IMG/VR virus record: IMGVR_UViG_3300027759_000002
Location: 115,755-179,754 of that record
Direction: 5' to 3' (one strand)
DNA: 64,000 nt
DNA from: a virus
Part shown: positions 34,578 through 44,821 of the stretch, in pieces
Numbering within the stretch: position 1 is the first letter of the stretch
How the letters are laid out: every line of letters begins with the position of its first letter
Translations under genes and position numbers: made by a program
Notes under the pieces: generated by a model
Databases searched by the model: none
Told to the model about the DNA's origin: nothing
Seen by the model: only the letters and a program-made list of their open reading frames with translations

Positions 34578-34780
34578 AAAATTATATATTTGTAGCAGGA
34601 CTATGTTTAGCCATATCTTCAACAGCTTTTGCTGCAGCAGAAACAAAAAAAGTTTGTGTTGATGTAAAAGATAAACAAGGTCAAGTTGTTAAAGACAAAG
34701 CTGGCAAACCAAAACAAAATTGTAAAGAAATGAAAGTTCACAAGAAACTTGAAGGCACAGAAGTTCCTGTGAAAAAATAA
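34574..34780 (+). CDS. Hypothetical secreted basic protein
   Basis: Signal peptide ending AFA; two Cys; Lys-rich. Confidence 0.65.
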   Translation: MKNYIFVAGLCLAISSTAFAAAETKKVCVDVKDKQGQVVKDKAGKPKQNCKEMKVHKKLEGTEVPVKK

Positions 34781-35175
34781 TGGCATATTCTGATAAGGTA
34801 ATTGACCATTACGAAAATCCCCGCAACGTAGGTAAATTTCAGGAAGATGACACTATAGGTACCGGCATGGTCGGTGCGCCTGCTTGCGGCGATGTAATGA
34901 GACTTCAAATTAAAGTTGAAGAAGGAATTATTACTGATGCAAAATTTAAAACATATGGATGTGGAAGCGCAATTGCCAGTTCAAGTCTCGTTACTGAATG
35001 GGTCAAAGGAAAAACGCTTAACGAAGCGGGAACGATTAGTAATTCAATCATTGCTGAAGAACTTGCCCTCCCACCGGTTAAAATACATTGTAGCATACTT
35101 GCAGAAGATGCTGTGAAAGCGGCCATTAACAATTATAAAGGTAAACATGTTGACAGTAACTGCGAATGCCATTGA
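34780..35175 (+). CDS. iscU: Fe-S cluster scaffold IscU
   Basis: [48 protein letters not shown]. Confidence 0.96.
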   Translation: MAYSDKVIDHYENPRNVGKFQEDDTIGTGMVGAPACGDVMRLQIKVEEGIITDAKFKTYGCGSAIASSSLVTEWVKGKTLNEAGTISNSIIAEELALPPVKIHCSILAEDAVKAAINNYKGKHVDSNCECH

Positions 35176-35461
35176 ACAGATAAAAGAAATTTTATTGGAA
35201 GAAGAAAGTTCAAAATACGTCAGAGCCTTTATCGAAGGTGGTGGATGCTCTGGTTTTAATTATGGTTTCATGATAGAGGATGCTAAGAATGAGGATGATT
35301 TTGAAGTGACTGAAAAATTACTTGTTGATTCCGCCAGTATGCAGTATTTCTCTGGTGCAACAATAGATTATAAAAAAGATAGACTAACAGGATCACAATT
35401 TGTGATTACCAACCCAAATGCCAAATCAACATGCGGTTGCGGCAGCAGCTTTAGTGTATAA
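35147..35461 (+). CDS. iscA: A-type Fe-S carrier IscA/ErpA
   Basis: [21 protein letters not shown]. Confidence 0.93.
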   Translation: MLTVTANAIEQIKEILLEEESSKYVRAFIEGGGCSGFNYGFMIEDAKNEDDFEVTEKLLVDSASMQYFSGATIDYKKDRLTGSQFVITNPNAKSTCGCGSSFSV

Positions 35462-35472
35462 GAAAGAACCAA

Positions 35473-35778
35473 ATGGCCACTACAGTAGAAAGAATTGGTA
35501 TTGTTGAAACTAAGGTAGAAAACCTTAATGAAAAAATGGATGACCTAAAAATTGATGTTAAAGATATGCATGACTGTCTTGATAAAACTCGGGACACCTT
35601 AGTTGAGAAACTGGAAGAAATGTATGGTGCATCCTGTGCTCAACATGCCGAACTAGCAAAGAAGATTGGTGACCTAGAAAAGGTTAGACAAAAGGTAATG
35701 TGGATGTTTGCCGGTGCCATAGCATTTGCTGGAATACTTTCCGGCCACTTAGAAAAAATACTTGCATTTTTACATTAA
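35473..35778 (+). CDS. Hypothetical coiled-coil protein with C-terminal TM
   Basis: Heptad pattern followed by a hydrophobic tail. Confidence 0.65.
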   Translation: MATTVERIGIVETKVENLNEKMDDLKIDVKDMHDCLDKTRDTLVEKLEEMYGASCAQHAELAKKIGDLEKVRQKVMWMFAGAIAFAGILSGHLEKILAFLH

Positions 35779-35822
35779 TTGGTGTATAATCTAGTTTCTT
35801 GTAAACTTCACACCATTTTGTT

Positions 35823-36836
35823 ATGTCCGTTTTTATTGATAGAACCTTTCTGCTAAGGGTATCCCCGAAGCTTCAAAAATTCACACAGAAAAAGGACAAC
35901 CTGTATAACTTCAGGTGTCCTCTCTGTGGCGACTCAAGTAAGAACAAAACCAAAGCCCGTGGTTATGTTTACGAAAAAAAGAACAATTACTTTTATATGT
36001 GCCACAATTGTGGTGCATCCACTTCCTTTTATAATTTCCTGGAGAAGGTTGATCCAAACCTAGTTAAAGAATATGCACTTGAGCGGTACAAAAATGGTGA
36101 ACAGGGACGTGACAATTACGTTAAACCAACTTTCGATGAATTCAAACCTGAAACCCCGAAGTTTCGTGTTAAATTCGATATTCCATCGGTCGAATCGTTA
36201 CCAGAAGAACATTTTGCGAAGGTGTATGTCAAATCCCGCAAAATACCAGAGTCGTTCCATGCACACCTATATTTTGCACAAGACTTTAAAGGCTTTGTCG
36301 ATAGCCTGCAAATAGAGAAAGATGGTCTCAAAGAAGAAGACCCTAGATTGGTAATACCATTCTATGATGAAGATAAAAATCTTGTGGCATTTCAAGGTCG
36401 TGCATTAGGTGAATCTAAACTAAGATATATCACCGTAAAGACAGACAAAGATAACCACAAGTTATTCGGGACTGACCGGATCAACACGGAAGACATGATA
36501 TATGTTGTGGAAGGTCCTATTGACTCTATGTTTCTGGAGAATGCCGTTGCAACTGCGGATTCAAATCTGATGGCTGCTTCCAAGCACTTTGACAAGTCTA
36601 AGATTGTTTTGGTGTATGATAATGAACCAAGAAACAAAGAACTACATAATCAGATGGACAAGGCTATCGAGGAACACTACAATGTGGTAATCTGGCCTGA
36701 AATGATTGAAGAAAAAGATGTAAATGATATGGTTTTGAATGGCTTCTCACCAGACGAAATTCAAGATATCATAAGTAAACATACCTTTGTAAATCTGAGA
36801 GCAAAGATGGAATTTATTAACTGGAAAAAGACTTGA
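35823..36836 (+). CDS. gp61: DNA primase (gp61)
   Basis: CPLCGDS..CHNC zinc ribbon, FQGRAL, VEGPIDS, YDNEPRN. Confidence 0.96.
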   Translation: MSVFIDRTFLLRVSPKLQKFTQKKDNLYNFRCPLCGDSSKNKTKARGYVYEKKNNYFYMCHNCGASTSFYNFLEKVDPNLVKEYALERYKNGEQGRDNYVKPTFDEFKPETPKFRVKFDIPSVESLPEEHFAKVYVKSRKIPESFHAHLYFAQDFKGFVDSLQIEKDGLKEEDPRLVIPFYDEDKNLVAFQGRALGESKLRYITVKTDKDNHKLFGTDRINTEDMIYVVEGPIDSMFLENAVATADSNLMAASKHFDKSKIVLVYDNEPRNKELHNQMDKAIEEHYNVVIWPEMIEEKDVNDMVLNGFSPDEIQDIISKHTFVNLRAKMEFINWKKT

Positions 36837-36849
36837 ACGGAGATTTGTT

Positions 36850-37500
36850 ATGCAGGTGAAATTGATATCATACACACAGGGAGCAGACGGTAAGAATTTG
36901 TTAGAACAGGTTGCTTTTGCAGCCAGAGTATCAAATCCTGCCAATCAAAATAATACCGAAACATCTGAAAAGTTGGTTCGGTATCTTATCAAAAACCAAC
37001 ATTGGTCACCACTAGAAATGGTGAGTATTTGTTTGGAGATAGACACCACACGGGATATAGCACGCCAGATTTTAAGGCATCGTTCCTTTTCCTTTCAGGA
37101 ATTTAGTCAACGATATGCTGATGCGTCCCAGTTAGGATTTGAATTAAGGGACTGTCGGTTACAGGATACAAAGAATCGTCAGAATAGTATTGAAACTGAT
37201 AATGAAGTGTTGCAAGGGAAATGGGCAATGATTCAAACTGTAGTACTTTCTCATGTAACAGAAGCTTATGAATGGGCATTAAAAAACGGTATTGCAAAAG
37301 AACAAGCGAGAGCAGTACTGCCAGAGGGTATGACTGGTTCACGTTTGTATATGAATGGAACACTTCGTTCTTGGGTTCACTATATACAACTCCGAAGCGC
37401 AAACGGGACACAGAAAGAACATCAAGATGTTGCATTGGCTTGTGCTGATGTTATTGAGCCAATTTTTCCTATGATTAAGGAGTACACTAATGGACAGTAA
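36850..37500 (+). CDS. thyX: FAD-dependent thymidylate synthase ThyX
   Basis: HWSPLE, RQILRHRSFSFQEFSQRY, ARAVLP, LRS. Confidence 0.96.
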   Translation: MQVKLISYTQGADGKNLLEQVAFAARVSNPANQNNTETSEKLVRYLIKNQHWSPLEMVSICLEIDTTRDIARQILRHRSFSFQEFSQRYADASQLGFELRDCRLQDTKNRQNSIETDNEVLQGKWAMIQTVVLSHVTEAYEWALKNGIAKEQARAVLPEGMTGSRLYMNGTLRSWVHYIQLRSANGTQKEHQDVALACADVIEPIFPMIKEYTNGQ

Positions 37501-37849
37501 GAATGATGTAAGAATTTTTATGGATGCATGTGACCAAAAGGCAAGAGATTTTGGACCACAATCTGAACTGTATGTAGACCTGATAATGGAAGAATTTAGG
37601 GAACTTATTACAGCATATGGCAACAGAGACCCCGTAGAGATTGCTGATGCTTGTGCTGATTTGAAATGGGTAATTGAGGGTTTAGAACACACACTCAATA
37701 TACCACAACAAGAAGTTTGGAACGAAGTTGCACGTAGCAATTTGGCCAAAATTTCTGAAGGTGGTAAAGTATTAAAAAGAGAAGATGGTAAGGTACTAAA
37801 ACCAGAAGGTTGGACACCACCTGATATTAAAACAATTATAAGAAAGTAA
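37490..37849 (+). CDS. MazG-like nucleotide pyrophosphohydrolase
   Basis: LIMEEFREL, EIADACADL, RSNLAK, REDGKVLKP. Confidence 0.8.
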   Translation: MDSKNDVRIFMDACDQKARDFGPQSELYVDLIMEEFRELITAYGNRDPVEIADACADLKWVIEGLEHTLNIPQQEVWNEVARSNLAKISEGGKVLKREDGKVLKPEGWTPPDIKTIIRK

Positions 37850-37854
37850 ACAAT

Positions 37855-39645
37855 ATGGAATACATGGGTGTCAAAATAGACTTAGAAAAAGATAAACTAT
37901 TTGATGAATTAGGAATTAAAAGATTACAAGAATCTTACATGCGTGATGATGAAACATCACCACAACAGAGGTTTGCATATGTATCATCGTCATTCGGAAG
38001 TAATACTGAACACGCTCAGCGCCTTTACGATTACGCCAGTAATCATTGGCTCAGTTATAGTACTCCAATTCTTAGCTATGGGCGTTCTAAGCGTGGTATG
38101 CCTATATCGTGCTTTCTTAACTATATTGAAGATACTGCGGAGGGTCTAGTTGATAATCTTAGCGAAACTAATTGGCTTTCTATGCTTGGCGGTGGTGTTG
38201 GTATTGGCTTCGGTATACGTAGTGCAGACGACAAGAGTACTGGTGTTATGCCGCACCTCAAAATTTACGATGCTTCATCTCTTGCTTATCGTCAGGGTCG
38301 TACTCGCCGTGGAAGTTATGCTGCTTATCTTGATATCAGTCATCCCGACATTATATCATTTTTAGAAATGCGTAAACCTACTGGTGATCCTAATGTACGA
38401 TGTATGAATCTACATCATGGTGTTAATATCACTGATGATTTTATGAAACTGATTGAAAACTGTATGTTGGATTCAGAAGCAGATGATTCATGGCCTTTGA
38501 TTGATCCAAAATCCGGAGTAGTACGTGAAACAGTTTCCGCCAAAGCTTTGTGGCAACAAATCTTAGAATTACGTATGCACACTGGTGAGCCTTACATTCA
38601 TTACATTGATACTAGTAATAAAATGTTACCTCAATTCCTAAAAGATAGGGGATTGAAAGTACATCAATCAAACCTATGTTCTGAAATTATTTTACCAACA
38701 AATGAAGAAAGAACTGCTGTATGTTGTTTATCATCTTTAAATTTGGAGCATTATGATGAATGGAAGAATGATCCCTTGTTCCTTAAGGATGTTGCTGAAA
38801 TGCTCGATAACGTTCTGGAGTTTTTTATTGTTAATGCACCTGATACCATTTCCAGGGCTATATACTCTGCTAGCCGTGAGCGCTCTATTGGCATTGGTGC
38901 CTTAGGTTTTCACGCTTATTTGCAAAAGAATAGTATTGCGTTTGAAGGTGTTATGGCCAAAGTTGCAAACAATCAAATATTCAAACATATAAGGAGCAAA
39001 CTAGATGAGGCTAATCAAATTCTTGGAAAAGAACGGGGCGAAGCTCCTGATGCTGTCGGCACTGGCCAGCGTTTCAGTCATCTTATGGCTATTGCTCCAA
39101 ATGCTTCTTCGTCTATCATTATGGGAAATACTAGCCCTAGCGTTGAGCCTTATCGTGCTAATGCTTACCGTCAAGACACTTTATCAGGCGCATTTCTAAA
39201 CAAGAATAAACACCTGGATAAAATCATCCAAAAACACGCTGAGATTCATTCAGAAGGATGGTCTGGTGAAGTCTGGAGTAGTATCATGGCGAATGATGGT
39301 TCTGTACAACATTTAGAATGGTTGGATGAAAATGAGAGAGCAGTATTCAAAACATCCATGGAAATTGACCAACGTTGGGTTATCGAATTGGCTGCTGACC
39401 GGCAACAATACATTGACCAAGCACAATCATTAAACTTGTTCTTCCGTCCAGATGCACATATCAAATACATTCACGCCATTCATTTTATGGCATGGAAAAA
39501 AGGATTGAAAACTCTATACTACTGCCGTTCTGAAAAGATTGGTAAGGCGGATAAAGTTTCTAAGAAGATTGAACGACAAGTCATTAAAGAATTGGATATG
39601 GTTCAAGTAGCACAAGGAAATGATTGCATTGCTTGTGAGGGATAA
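37855..39645 (+). CDS. nrdA: Ribonucleotide reductase class Ia alpha subunit (short, no ATP cone)
   Basis: PISCF, SNLCSEI, AIAPNASSS, LKTLYYCR. Confidence 0.96.
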   Translation: MEYMGVKIDLEKDKLFDELGIKRLQESYMRDDETSPQQRFAYVSSSFGSNTEHAQRLYDYASNHWLSYSTPILSYGRSKRGMPISCFLNYIEDTAEGLVDNLSETNWLSMLGGGVGIGFGIRSADDKSTGVMPHLKIYDASSLAYRQGRTRRGSYAAYLDISHPDIISFLEMRKPTGDPNVRCMNLHHGVNITDDFMKLIENCMLDSEADDSWPLIDPKSGVVRETVSAKALWQQILELRMHTGEPYIHYIDTSNKMLPQFLKDRGLKVHQSNLCSEIILPTNEERTAVCCLSSLNLEHYDEWKNDPLFLKDVAEMLDNVLEFFIVNAPDTISRAIYSASRERSIGIGALGFHAYLQKNSIAFEGVMAKVANNQIFKHIRSKLDEANQILGKERGEAPDAVGTGQRFSHLMAIAPNASSSIIMGNTSPSVEPYRANAYRQDTLSGAFLNKNKHLDKIIQKHAEIHSEGWSGEVWSSIMANDGSVQHLEWLDENERAVFKTSMEIDQRWVIELAADRQQYIDQAQSLNLFFRPDAHIKYIHAIHFMAWKKGLKTLYYCRSEKIGKADKVSKKIERQVIKELDMVQVAQGNDCIACEG

Positions 39646-40284
39646 ATGAAACCCACTATCGCTATATTCTTACACCAACCAAAATGTTCGGTACAATCTG
39701 GTAATGGCATCATCAAAGCACTTGAAAGCCATTACCATTTTAAAATATTTACCAGACATGAATTAGAGGATGACTTTTTTGATGGTGTAGATATTGTTGC
39801 CTTTCCTGGTGGTTTGGGTGATAGTGATAGTTTCGATTACTTGTTTAAAGATAATCGTAAACGCATTTCTGATTTTGTTCATAATGGCGGCCGTTACTTA
39901 GGAATTTGCATGGGTGCTTATTGGGCTGGTAATAGTTATTTCAATTTTCTTGATAATGTAGAAGTTGAACAATATATAACACGACCAAATACCGACACAC
40001 GTAGGCCTCATGCAAAGAACTTAAAAATTGAATGGTTGGGTAAACAGGAGAAGATGTTCTTTTATGATGGTTGTGCCTTTGGACCAGGACAGTATGAAAT
40101 TATTGCAAAGTATATGAATGATGATCCGATGGCCATTATTCAGAATAGAATGGGTTTAATTGGTTGTCATCCTGAAAGTCAACCACATTGGTATAAATCA
40201 TATAGTTGGATGAGAGGACTCTATCACAATGGAGAACATCATAAACTATTATTAGAATTCACAAATAAATTAATGGAGAGATAA
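39646..40284 (+). CDS. BPL_N / class I glutamine amidotransferase-like protein
   Basis: FPGG..D, GGRYLGICMGAY, GCHPE. Confidence 0.75.
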   Translation: MKPTIAIFLHQPKCSVQSGNGIIKALESHYHFKIFTRHELEDDFFDGVDIVAFPGGLGDSDSFDYLFKDNRKRISDFVHNGGRYLGICMGAYWAGNSYFNFLDNVEVEQYITRPNTDTRRPHAKNLKIEWLGKQEKMFFYDGCAFGPGQYEIIAKYMNDDPMAIIQNRMGLIGCHPESQPHWYKSYSWMRGLYHNGEHHKLLLEFTNKLMER

Positions 40285-40285
40285 G

Positions 40286-40528
40286 ATGAAGATATTAAGA
40301 TTTACAGCATCATGGTGTGGGCCATGCAAATCATTAGCAATGAATTTAGAACAAGCAAATTTACAAATGCCAATTGAAGTTATTGATATTGATGTTCAAT
40401 CTGATATTGCAGTTGAATATGGAATTCGTGGTGTACCAACATTGGTGATGTTGGATGAGAACATTGAAGTTAAACGATTGGTTGGTTCTAAAACCATCAC
40501 AGAACTAAAAGAGTGGGCTACAGTATGA
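40286..40528 (+). CDS. trxA: Thioredoxin
   Basis: FTASWCGPCK, IRGVPTL. Confidence 0.93.
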   Translation: MKILRFTASWCGPCKSLAMNLEQANLQMPIEVIDIDVQSDIAVEYGIRGVPTLVMLDENIEVKRLVGSKTITELKEWATV

Positions 40529-41511
40529 TTAAAAAAGTTGATTCAAGACTTACAGATGAAAGAAACAGTTTTAAACCTTTCAATTATCCATGGGCATATG
40601 ATGCTTGGTTGAAACATGAACAATCACATTGGCTTCACACAGAAGTTCCAATGATGGAAGACGTTAAAGATTGGAAAAAGAAACTAAGCAAAGAAGAAAA
40701 ACAATTTCTTACACACATCTTTAGATTCTTTACACAAGGTGACATTGACGTTGCTGGTGGTTATGTGAAGAACTATTTACCATATTTTCCTCAACCAGAA
40801 GTTCGTATGATGTTGTTAGGTTTTGCGGCAAGAGAAGCATTACACGTTGCTGCATATAGTCATCTAATCGAAACACTCGGTTTACCTGAAGCCACTTATA
40901 ACCAGTTCTTAGACTACCAAGAAATGAAAGATAAACACGATTATGTGTTAGACCTTTCTTCTAAGAATGGTGATGCCGCTTCAACTGCAACCCACATCGC
41001 CGTGTTCAGTGCTTTCACTGAAGGGATGCAGTTGTTCTCCTCTTTCATCATGTTATTGAACTTTCCACGCACAGGTAAGATGAAAGGTATGGGACAGATT
41101 GTTACTTGGTCAATTGTTGATGAAACACAACATGCTGAGTCAATGATTAAATTATTCCGTACCTACATAGAAGAAAACAAAGAGATATGGAATGATGAAC
41201 TTAAAGGCCGTATTTACAGCATTGCAGAAAAGATGGTTGAACTGGAAGATAAATTTATTGACCTCGCCTTTTCTATGGGCGCTATGGACGGTCTATCTAG
41301 TGAAGATGTCAAAAAGTACATTCGTTATATTGCTGATAGGCGCCTTATATCTCTTGGTCTTAAAGGCATTTTTAAAGTGAAGAAGAATCCATTACCTTGG
41401 GTTGAAGAAATGATTAACGCACCAACACACACAAACTTCTTTGAGAACCGTGCAACTGATTATGCTAAAGGTGCCTTGTCTGGAGATTGGAGTGATGTGT
41501 GGGCAAACTAA
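40525..41511 (+). CDS. nrdB: Ribonucleotide reductase class Ia beta subunit
   Basis: FKPF.YPWAY, FFTQGD, EALH..AY, TEGMQLFSSF, DETQH. Confidence 0.96.
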   Translation: MIKKVDSRLTDERNSFKPFNYPWAYDAWLKHEQSHWLHTEVPMMEDVKDWKKKLSKEEKQFLTHIFRFFTQGDIDVAGGYVKNYLPYFPQPEVRMMLLGFAAREALHVAAYSHLIETLGLPEATYNQFLDYQEMKDKHDYVLDLSSKNGDAASTATHIAVFSAFTEGMQLFSSFIMLLNFPRTGKMKGMGQIVTWSIVDETQHAESMIKLFRTYIEENKEIWNDELKGRIYSIAEKMVELEDKFIDLAFSMGAMDGLSSEDVKKYIRYIADRRLISLGLKGIFKVKKNPLPWVEEMINAPTHTNFFENRATDYAKGALSGDWSDVWAN

Positions 41512-42276
41512 ATGAAGACTTATAAAAGTATATTCATTAGTGATGTACATTTAGGCACCCGTGATTGCCAAGCGAGTAAGTTAAATAATTTTTTGAAACA
41601 TAACACCTGCGAGACTTTATATCTTGTGGGTGATATAATTGATGCATGGAAGATACAACAAAATAAATGGCGATGGAAACAAAGCCACACTAACGTGGTG
41701 CGTAGAATTCTTGGCCACGCTAAACGAGAAACAAGAGTTATTTTCATAGCAGGCAATCACGATGAATTTTTAAGACCAATGATACCTTACGGGTTTTCTT
41801 TTGGTTCAATTGAGATACATAATCAAATAGAACACATAGGTGTTGATGGCAAGAAATATCTTGTAGTTCATGGTGACTTGTTTGATGGTATCACCAGACT
41901 GGCACCATGGATATCATTTTTAGGAGATAAATCATATGACGTTATTTTATCACTCAATAGTAAGTTCAATTGGATACGCCATCGTATGGGTTTTGGGTAT
42001 TTTAGTCTTAGCCAATATCTCAAGCACAGAGTAAAAAAAGCAGTAGACTTTATATTCAAGTTTGAAGAAAACTTGGCCAACTACTGTAAAAAACGTGGGT
42101 TTGATGGTGTTATATGTGGCCACATACACCATGCAGAGATAAAAGAAATTAACGGTGTTATATACATGAATGATGGTGATTGGGTTGAAAGTTGTACAGC
42201 ACTTGTCGAGCACCATGATGGTCGTTGGGAAATTATAACATGGACACAGGAGAGCGATGATGTTGTTGCAGAATAA
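41512..42276 (+). CDS. PlcP/LpxH-like metallophosphoesterase
   Basis: FISDVHLG, LVGDIID, GNHDE, HGDLFD, ICGHIHH, MNDGDWVESCTALVE. Confidence 0.85.
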   Translation: MKTYKSIFISDVHLGTRDCQASKLNNFLKHNTCETLYLVGDIIDAWKIQQNKWRWKQSHTNVVRRILGHAKRETRVIFIAGNHDEFLRPMIPYGFSFGSIEIHNQIEHIGVDGKKYLVVHGDLFDGITRLAPWISFLGDKSYDVILSLNSKFNWIRHRMGFGYFSLSQYLKHRVKKAVDFIFKFEENLANYCKKRGFDGVICGHIHHAEIKEINGVIYMNDGDWVESCTALVEHHDGRWEIITWTQESDDVVAE

Positions 42277-42970
42277 AATTACTATAGTGGTACCTTGTAG
42301 AAATGAAGAAGAATACATTTCTCATTTATTGGAACATCTGAAAAAACAAAATATAGGTAGTACCAGAATAATAATTGCTGATTCTTCTACTGATAATACG
42401 AGAAAAGTTATCGCAAGTAACAAAGGTGATTTGAATGTTGAGATTATTGATGGTGGTACAGTTTCTGTTGCAAAAAATAATGGAGCTAAACTTGTTACAA
42501 CGCCATATATACTTTTTATAGATAGTGATGTGAGATTTTTCTCAGATACAGTTATATTTGATTCTGTAAATGAAATACAAAAACTGGATTTAGATTTAAT
42601 TGGTTTATATGTTAAATGTTATGACGGCGACAAAAGAGCACAAATTGGATTTATGATATTCAATGCAATTAATAATATTATGAAATATTGGTCACCGTTT
42701 GCAATTGGTGCTTTCATGTTAACTCGCACAGATAAATTTTGGGAATTTGGGGGATTTGCTGAGAAGTATGGAACAAGTGAAGACTTTTTCTTATCTCAGA
42801 AATATGATATTAAAAAGTTCAAACTAATGAATCATTATTTTGGCCAAGATAATAGGAGATTTGAAAAAATGGGATACTTTGGTATGGCATGGTATCTTAT
42901 TAGAAATTTTTGGAATAGAAACAATGAAAAATATTGGAACAATATAGATTATTCAAAATATTGGAAATAA
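42257..42970 (+). CDS. Glycosyltransferase family 2
   Basis: IVVPCRNEE, IIADS.STD, LFIDSDV, SED. Confidence 0.88.
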   Translation: MMLLQNKITIVVPCRNEEEYISHLLEHLKKQNIGSTRIIIADSSTDNTRKVIASNKGDLNVEIIDGGTVSVAKNNGAKLVTTPYILFIDSDVRFFSDTVIFDSVNEIQKLDLDLIGLYVKCYDGDKRAQIGFMIFNAINNIMKYWSPFAIGAFMLTRTDKFWEFGGFAEKYGTSEDFFLSQKYDIKKFKLMNHYFGQDNRRFEKMGYFGMAWYLIRNFWNRNNEKYWNNIDYSKYWK

Positions 42971-42980
42971 AGGAAATCAA

Positions 42981-43169
42981 ATGACAACAAGAACAATAAC
43001 AGCGGAGTGTAGTAGCTGCGAATCCAGTTACGATGTAATTTTTATGGAAGAACTAGTATCAGAAGAATTACCTGAGTTTTGCCCGTTTTGCGGCGAAACG
43101 ATTGATTCATTATCCGAAGACGAATATATAGAGGATGATGAACTCAATGATGATGAAAAATGGGACTGA
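42981..43169 (+). CDS. Small zinc-ribbon protein
   Basis: CSSC and CPFC; acidic tail. Confidence 0.75.
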   Translation: MTTRTITAECSSCESSYDVIFMEELVSEELPEFCPFCGETIDSLSEDEYIEDDELNDDEKWD

Positions 43170-43573
43170 ACTGGACATATAAAGACAAAGAATTTATAGA
43201 AGAATTGATTGGTGACAATTATGGTTTTGTGTATCTTATAACCAACAATGCAACAAATAAAAAATACATTGGTAAGAAGTTTTTCTATTCCTCAAAGACT
43301 AGGCAAGTAAAAGGTAAGAAGAAACGATTCAAAGTTTCCTCTGACTGGCAAACTTATTACGGTAGTAACGAGGAATTGAAAAAAGATGTTATAATACACG
43401 GACTAGATTCGTTTAGCCGAGAAATTATACATCTATGCAAAAGCAAAGGTGAGTGTGGTTATCTTGAAGCAAAAGAACAGTTTGTAAATGGTGCTCTGGA
43501 GACAGATGATTATTACAATTCTTGGATTATGGTTAGAGTAAGAAAATCACACATTAAAGGATTACAATGTTAG
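43160..43573 (+). CDS. GIY-YIG endonuclease
   Basis: GFVYLITN...KKYIGKK, YYGS, YLEAKEQF. Confidence 0.8.
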   Translation: MGLNWTYKDKEFIEELIGDNYGFVYLITNNATNKKYIGKKFFYSSKTRQVKGKKKRFKVSSDWQTYYGSNEELKKDVIIHGLDSFSREIIHLCKSKGECGYLEAKEQFVNGALETDDYYNSWIMVRVRKSHIKGLQC

Positions 43574-43911
43574 ATTATTTGAAGGAAGTTGGTGGGGAAT
43601 TTGATGCTTTATTTTTCTTGCCAATGGAAGAAGAAGATAGTATCAACATTATGACTAACAAATATAAAAATCCAGGACAACCAATAAAAGGAAACATAAT
43701 TGGCGATTGGTGGCACATTTTGTTGTTTAAATGCAACGAAGAAAATGGCCAAGTCGAGGACCTTGATATCTTTGATGCCATATTTGCCGATCCTAGGGAA
43801 TACATATCCGGACTGATTCCGCAAGGTTGGTATGGTTTAATTGCAAAGAAAACCACAACCTCCCACAATTTTTTAGATGATGCTATTGACAAGTTCAAGT
43901 CAATGATGTAA
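43567..43911 (+). CDS. Hypothetical protein
   Basis: ORF in the operon with coupled start. Confidence 0.65.
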   Translation: MLDYLKEVGGEFDALFFLPMEEEDSINIMTNKYKNPGQPIKGNIIGDWWHILLFKCNEENGQVEDLDIFDAIFADPREYISGLIPQGWYGLIAKKTTTSHNFLDDAIDKFKSMM

Positions 43912-43939
43912 AATACAAACATCTAAACTGAAAGTTATT

Positions 43940-44821
43940 ATGATTCTTGTTGACTTAAACCAAGTCTTACTATCTGGCCTAATGGCACAAATATCTAATG
44001 GAAAAAAGTCCATGTATGGAAAAACATTCACATTAGACGAATCTCTCATTAGACACATGGTCCTGATGATACTTAAAACTCACCTAAAGAACTTCCGAGA
44101 AGAATATGGTGAAGTAGTACTCTGTTGTGACAACCGCAAGTATTGGCGCAAGGATTTCTTTCCATTCTACAAGGCAAACCGTAAAAAGACACGGGAAAAG
44201 TCTGACCTTGATTGGCACATGATTTTCGACATGCTTTCCAAGTTTAAGCAAGAGCTCAGAGATAATTTCCCTTACAAAGTCATTGATGTTGAGAGTGCAG
44301 AAGCTGATGATATCATCGGTACACTTGTACCACGGCATATCATGCATGAAAACATCCTAATCATTTCAAGTGATGGTGATTTCTTGCAATTACAGATGTA
44401 TAACGGCCGAAGTGAGTATACCGTTAAACAATATAATCCTGCACAGAAGAAATTTCTCATTTCTAAGAATCCACTTGATGAATTGAAAGAGAAAATCATT
44501 CATGGTGATAAAGGTGATGGTATTCCAAACATTATTTCACCGAGTGACACATTTGTACGTGAGATTCGTCAGAAGGTTATGACAGAAGCCAAACTTACAA
44601 AATTCATGGGTCAAGACTATAGTGAATATGATGATGAAAATGCACGTATCGGTTTTTCACGTAACCAGACGTTGATTGACCTAAGAAATATACCAGGTGA
44701 TATACAGACTAAAATTATAAATACTTATGAAGAAACCAAACCAGCACCTAAAGGTAAGATACTGGATTATTTAATTACAAACAAACTGAAAAGTTTAATA
44801 GATGTTATTGGGGAATTTTAA
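43940..44821 (+). CDS. rnh: T4-type RNase H (5'-3' exonuclease)
   Basis: ILVDLNQ, YWRK..FP.YKANR, EADDII, SSDGDF.QL, GDKGDGIPN. Confidence 0.95.
   Translation: MILVDLNQVLLSGLMAQISNGKKSMYGKTFTLDESLIRHMVLMILKTHLKNFREEYGEVVLCCDNRKYWRKDFFPFYKANRKKTREKSDLDWHMIFDMLSKFKQELRDNFPYKVIDVESAEADDIIGTLVPRHIMHENILIISSDGDFLQLQMYNGRSEYTVKQYNPAQKKFLISKNPLDELKEKIIHGDKGDGIPNIISPSDTFVREIRQKVMTEAKLTKFMGQDYSEYDDENARIGFSRNQTLIDLRNIPGDIQTKIINTYEETKPAPKGKILDYLITNKLKSLIDVIGEF

Noticed and set aside
11330-41511. Introns or inteins in gp43, uvsX, gp41, nrdA or nrdB
   Set aside because: All are continuous ORFs of ordinary length with no insertion signature.
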